Shown here piece by piece: positions 60,927 through 64,000 of a stretch of 64,000 bases of DNA. The stretch is taken from NCBI GenBank assembly GCA_051251915.1, contig JBPOGF010000004.1, positions 32,001 through 96,000 of the forward strand, in the 5' to 3' direction. The stretch's first letter is position 1. Each line of letters begins with the position of its first letter. The notes under the pieces were generated by a model. It searched no databases and was not told the origin of the DNA. It saw only the letters and a program-made list of their open reading frames with translations. The stretch comes from Akkermansiaceae bacterium. Lineage in GTDB: Bacteria > Verrucomicrobiota > Verrucomicrobiia > Verrucomicrobiales > Akkermansiaceae. A program made the position numbers and the translations under genes.

Positions 60927-60963
60927 AAAAAAAATCCCACGCAGCTGAATGGCTACGTGGGAT
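60927..60963 (-). terminator. intrinsic terminator of the heme protein gene
   Basis: ATCCCACG...CGTGGGAT stem with A8 on + strand. Confidence 0.75.
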
Positions 60964-60989
60964 GCGGTAATGTTTAGGTTCTGTTTATC

Positions 60990-63900
60990 CTATTGGATAG
61001 GGTGTGCCTGAAGTAGGGTTTCTGCTTTGTATGGTCCTAGCTGAGTTTGGCCATCAGTGGCTTTTTGGATGGCGTCTACTTCTTCTTTGGTGACTCCGTC
61101 GCCAGCTTTGTTTGACCAGGCATTACGAACGTAAGTAAGTATGTCTGCGATTTCCGCATTTGGGATTCGTTCGTTGAAGCCAGGCATTGCTGAGTTGTAT
61201 TTGTCGCCGTTGACTTCTATTTCTCCCATGATGCCGTGGATGGCGATCTTGATGAGGAGGTCTTTGTCTTTAGTTACCCATTTACTGCCGTCGAGTGGAG
61301 GGAAGAGTGCTAACTTGTTACCTTTGCCGTCAGGTCCGTGACAGATGGTGCAGTTCTCTTGTTCGAGGTATGCTTCAGCTCCACGTTGGAAAGATTTCTG
61401 AACTTTCTTAGGCGCTTTTGCAAGGTGAGCAGGGATTTTGACTTCTTCCTTAACTTCTGCGACTGCTTCTTCTCCACCTAGGTGAGCCTTGGCGTATTTG
61501 AGAGCACTTGTAGAAGTTTTGTTGACTGGAGCTTTTTCGAAGACTTCGACGATTTCTAGGCCAGCCTTTTTGCCCATCCAAGATGCCGCAATGAGGGCTT
61601 CATGTCTTACTTCTCCATGGGGGTCTGCTGCGGAGCGCTTGAGAAGGTCAACTGCGTTAGTTAGCTTCTTGGCGTTGTAGCGGACTGCACGAGTTGCGGC
61701 GGCACGAGCACGATGATCTTTCGCTGTGAGAGCTGCTTCGAGGATAGTAGGGTCGATCTGATTGATTCCCCATGAGACCCAAACTGCTTCTGTTAGGTTG
61801 TGATCGTAGTTCTTGTCAGCTTTATCAAGGCCTGCGACCCACTTGGTGAGGGCTGCTGCTACTTCATCGTGGTTTCTGCCGCGAAGTTCTCTGCGAGTGC
61901 GGTAGCGAGTGCGGATCTCAGGTAGCTTGAGGTTCTCAAGTAGCTCATCGATCGATGCGCCGTCTACTTTTGCCACTGGCACGAGTGGGCGTGATGGGTA
62001 TGTGATGCGGTAGATGCGTCCGTGAACGTGGTCACGCTTAGGGTCACGAGCATTGTGCTGCATGTGCCCGATGAGGACGTTACTCCAATCGACTACATAG
62101 AGTGAGCCATCAGGAGCGAATTCAAGATCTACTGGGCGGAAGTATGGGTTAGATGACTCGAATAGTTTCTGGCGTAGTTCAGCTTTGTAGCCGACTTCTC
62201 CGTCAGGGATCATTTTATTCTGCATGGCACCTAGGAAGCCGATGTTGTTACAGATAAGAGCATCACCTTGAACATCATCTGGGAAGTGACGTGAGGAGAT
62301 GAATTCTAGACCCGCGGTAGGACGCACGCCTCTCTTAGTGAGCAGATCTGGTGCGGAAATATTGACACCGTAGCGAGGCTTCACAGCTGCATTTTGCATC
62401 CAGGAGAATGATGGTCCTGAGGTGTGAATGAAGAAGTTCTGGCCCCATTCATCAAAGGCGATACCCCATGGGTTAGGGATGCCTAACTGGGCTGTTCTTT
62501 CGAGTCTGTTGTTGTTGGGGTTGAAGCGGTAGAATCCGCCGTTGGTTCCTCTAACAGGTCCGTATGGTGTTTCTACGTTCGAGTGAAGGAATACGCCTTC
62601 GCCCATGTAGATGGCTCCAGATGGATCTGCGCAGAAGCTTGAGATAGCGTGATGAGTGTCATGGTCATCGAATCCGGAGAGGACGATGATTTTTTCGTCA
62701 GCTTTGTCGTCTCCGTCGTTGTCTTTGAAGAGAACGAGGTCATTTTGAAGAGAAACGAACACACCGTGTTCTGTGATTTCAAATCCCATAGGGGTGACGA
62801 TGTTGTCTACGAAGATGGTCTGTTTGTCAGCTTTTCCGTCATTGTCAGTGTCTTCAAAGATGAGGATCTTGTCATTTGGTAGTGGGTCACCAATTTGATA
62901 TTGCGGGTAGCTAGGCATGCAGCTGACCCAGAGACGTCCTTTGTTATCAAATGCCATTTGTGATGGGTTTGCTAGGTCGGGGAACATGTCTTCGTCTGCG
63001 AAGAGTTCCATTTTGTAGCCTTCTGGGAGTGTTAGTTTAGACTCCATTTCTTTCCCTGAAATGTAGACATTAGGGCGGTCTGAGTTTGATGTGACAGGCT
63101 TGAGCTTGATGGTTTTGGCATCAGCTGCTGCGGTGTCAAAGTCTTGTCCTTTGTTAGCTGCCCATAGTGCTTGGTCACGGATGTCTAACATTTGGCGAGT
63201 CTTGGTGATCTCGTCCGGGTAGTTTACGCTACCGAATGGCTTGTATCGGCGGCCATGAACGTGCACGCCATTTGGGATCTTGTAGTCGTGTAGCCAGTAG
63301 AAGTTTTTCTCAGCGACTGCTGCGTGAATTTTTGCTTCATCGCCGGTTGCTTCTTTGTTGCCGAATAGAGTATCTGCTAGAAGAGGCGAGAACTTTTTGT
63401 ATGCTTCGTCTGTTAGGTTGCTGCCATTGTAGGTGAGGTCTTCTTCAGTAGAGTCGTAGAGACCTTTTGTGATGGAGAATGCATCTACAAAGAGGACGCC
63501 TTCTTCCTTACAGACTTCGCGCATGGCGTTGGTGTATGCTTGGAGTCGAGCGTTTGTTTTTTTACCATTTGGGAGATCTTTCTTAGCTGAGAGGTCTTCA
63601 AGTGCAGCTGGTGAAACGATGGCAAGTTGAGGGGTGTTTCCTGAATATTTCTGAGAAAGTGTGTATTTGATAAATGCACGGAGCTCAGCTTTGTATCCGT
63701 CGATGCGGTTGTAACCGTCAAATGATTCACTGTAACCGAAGAAACCGATGATGGTGTCGATACGGTTGTGAGTTAACCATTGATCTGGAGTTTCGTAGTG
63801 GCCTTGTCCACCACCTTTACGGTATTCTTCTTTGACTAGCTCTTGTCCATTAGGGATGACCCAATGAGATTTTCTAGATGGGTGTGGTCTAAATGCTGGA

Positions 63901-63998
63901 GTATCACCTTCTCTGCACCAGTTACGGATGAAGAGGTCGTTCTCTGGGTATCGGCGCTGAAGTTCTGTTTCGAAGCGGTTGTAGATATTCATGCGTGA
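60990..63998 (-). CDS. PVC-type heme-binding CxxCH protein (SGNH-like, beta-propeller dehydrogenase-like, HEAT repeats, cytochrome c); 5' end probably outside window
   Basis: FDNKGRLWV, DTDNDGKAD, NPWG, FRPVD...PDGSLYVVDW, GRIYR, CTICHG, PPLDGS, MPGF; frame open to window edge. Confidence 0.88.
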   Translation of the reverse strand, partial: SRMNIYNRFETELQRRYPENDLFIRNWCREGDTPAFRPHPSRKSHWVIPNGQELVKEEYRKGGGQGHYETPDQWLTHNRIDTIIGFFGYSESFDGYNRIDGYKAELRAFIKYTLSQKYSGNTPQLAIVSPAALEDLSAKKDLPNGKKTNARLQAYTNAMREVCKEEGVLFVDAFSITKGLYDSTEEDLTYNGSNLTDEAYKKFSPLLADTLFGNKEATGDEAKIHAAVAEKNFYWLHDYKIPNGVHVHGRRYKPFGSVNYPDEITKTRQMLDIRDQALWAANKGQDFDTAAADAKTIKLKPVTSNSDRPNVYISGKEMESKLTLPEGYKMELFADEDMFPDLANPSQMAFDNKGRLWVSCMPSYPQYQIGDPLPNDKILIFEDTDNDGKADKQTIFVDNIVTPMGFEITEHGVFVSLQNDLVLFKDNDGDDKADEKIIVLSGFDDHDTHHAISSFCADPSGAIYMGEGVFLHSNVETPYGPVRGTNGGFYRFNPNNNRLERTAQLGIPNPWGIAFDEWGQNFFIHTSGPSFSWMQNAAVKPRYGVNISAPDLLTKRGVRPTAGLEFISSRHFPDDVQGDALICNNIGFLGAMQNKMIPDGEVGYKAELRQKLFESSNPYFRPVDLEFAPDGSLYVVDWSNVLIGHMQHNARDPKRDHVHGRIYRITYPSRPLVPVAKVDGASIDELLENLKLPEIRTRYRTRRELRGRNHDEVAAALTKWVAGLDKADKNYDHNLTEAVWVSWGINQIDPTILEAALTAKDHRARAAATRAVRYNAKKLTNAVDLLKRSAADPHGEVRHEALIAASWMGKKAGLEIVEVFEKAPVNKTSTSALKYAKAHLGGEEAVAEVKEEVKIPAHLAKAPKKVQKSFQRGAEAYLEQENCTICHGPDGKGNKLALFPPLDGSKWVTKDKDLLIKIAIHGIMGEIEVNGDKYNSAMPGFNERIPNAEIADILTYVRNAWSNKAGDGVTKEEVDAIQKATDGQTQLGPYKAETLLQAHPIQ

Positions 63999-64000
63999 GC

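Overview
Bacterial chromosomal window, most likely from a (probably aquatic) Verrucomicrobiota genome. This is inferred from a PEP-CTERM protein, a PVC-type heme/HEAT-repeat protein, sulfatases, a short AtpH and A-rich non-Shine-Dalgarno leaders. Most of it is housekeeping or metabolic: natAB-like ABC exporter, csp, ilvD, leuS, argH, the F1Fo operon atpBEFHAGDC, serS, tcdA, an RhlE-like helicase, blaI/blaR-like pair, crcB, metal ABC transporter, queD, Mn-SOD, GH2, sulfatases and pfkA. I found no rRNA, tRNA or CRISPR array. Two things stand out. (1) At 5101-5724 the ORF track splits one gene: a lipoprotein with two tandem HMA-like domains, each with an in-frame UGA at the metal-binding Cys position and followed by a near-identical SECIS-like hairpin, i.e. 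a candidate two-selenocysteine protein. (2) At 25229-33983 three tightly linked ClpA-like AAA+ paralogues have a degenerate D1 Walker B, no D2 GYVG pore loop and intact (I/M)GF ClpP loops. Two of them carry a C-terminal region resembling class-I peptide release factors without GGQ, suggesting a ribosome-associated quality-control or defence system; Fic and Uma2 genes flank the trio. Smaller oddities: a low-GC patch inside leuS, repeated palindromic operators before fic, a G-tract minisatellite next to a decayed PEP-CTERM gene, and several apparently leaderless promoters. All family calls come from motif recognition by eye; no database searches were run.
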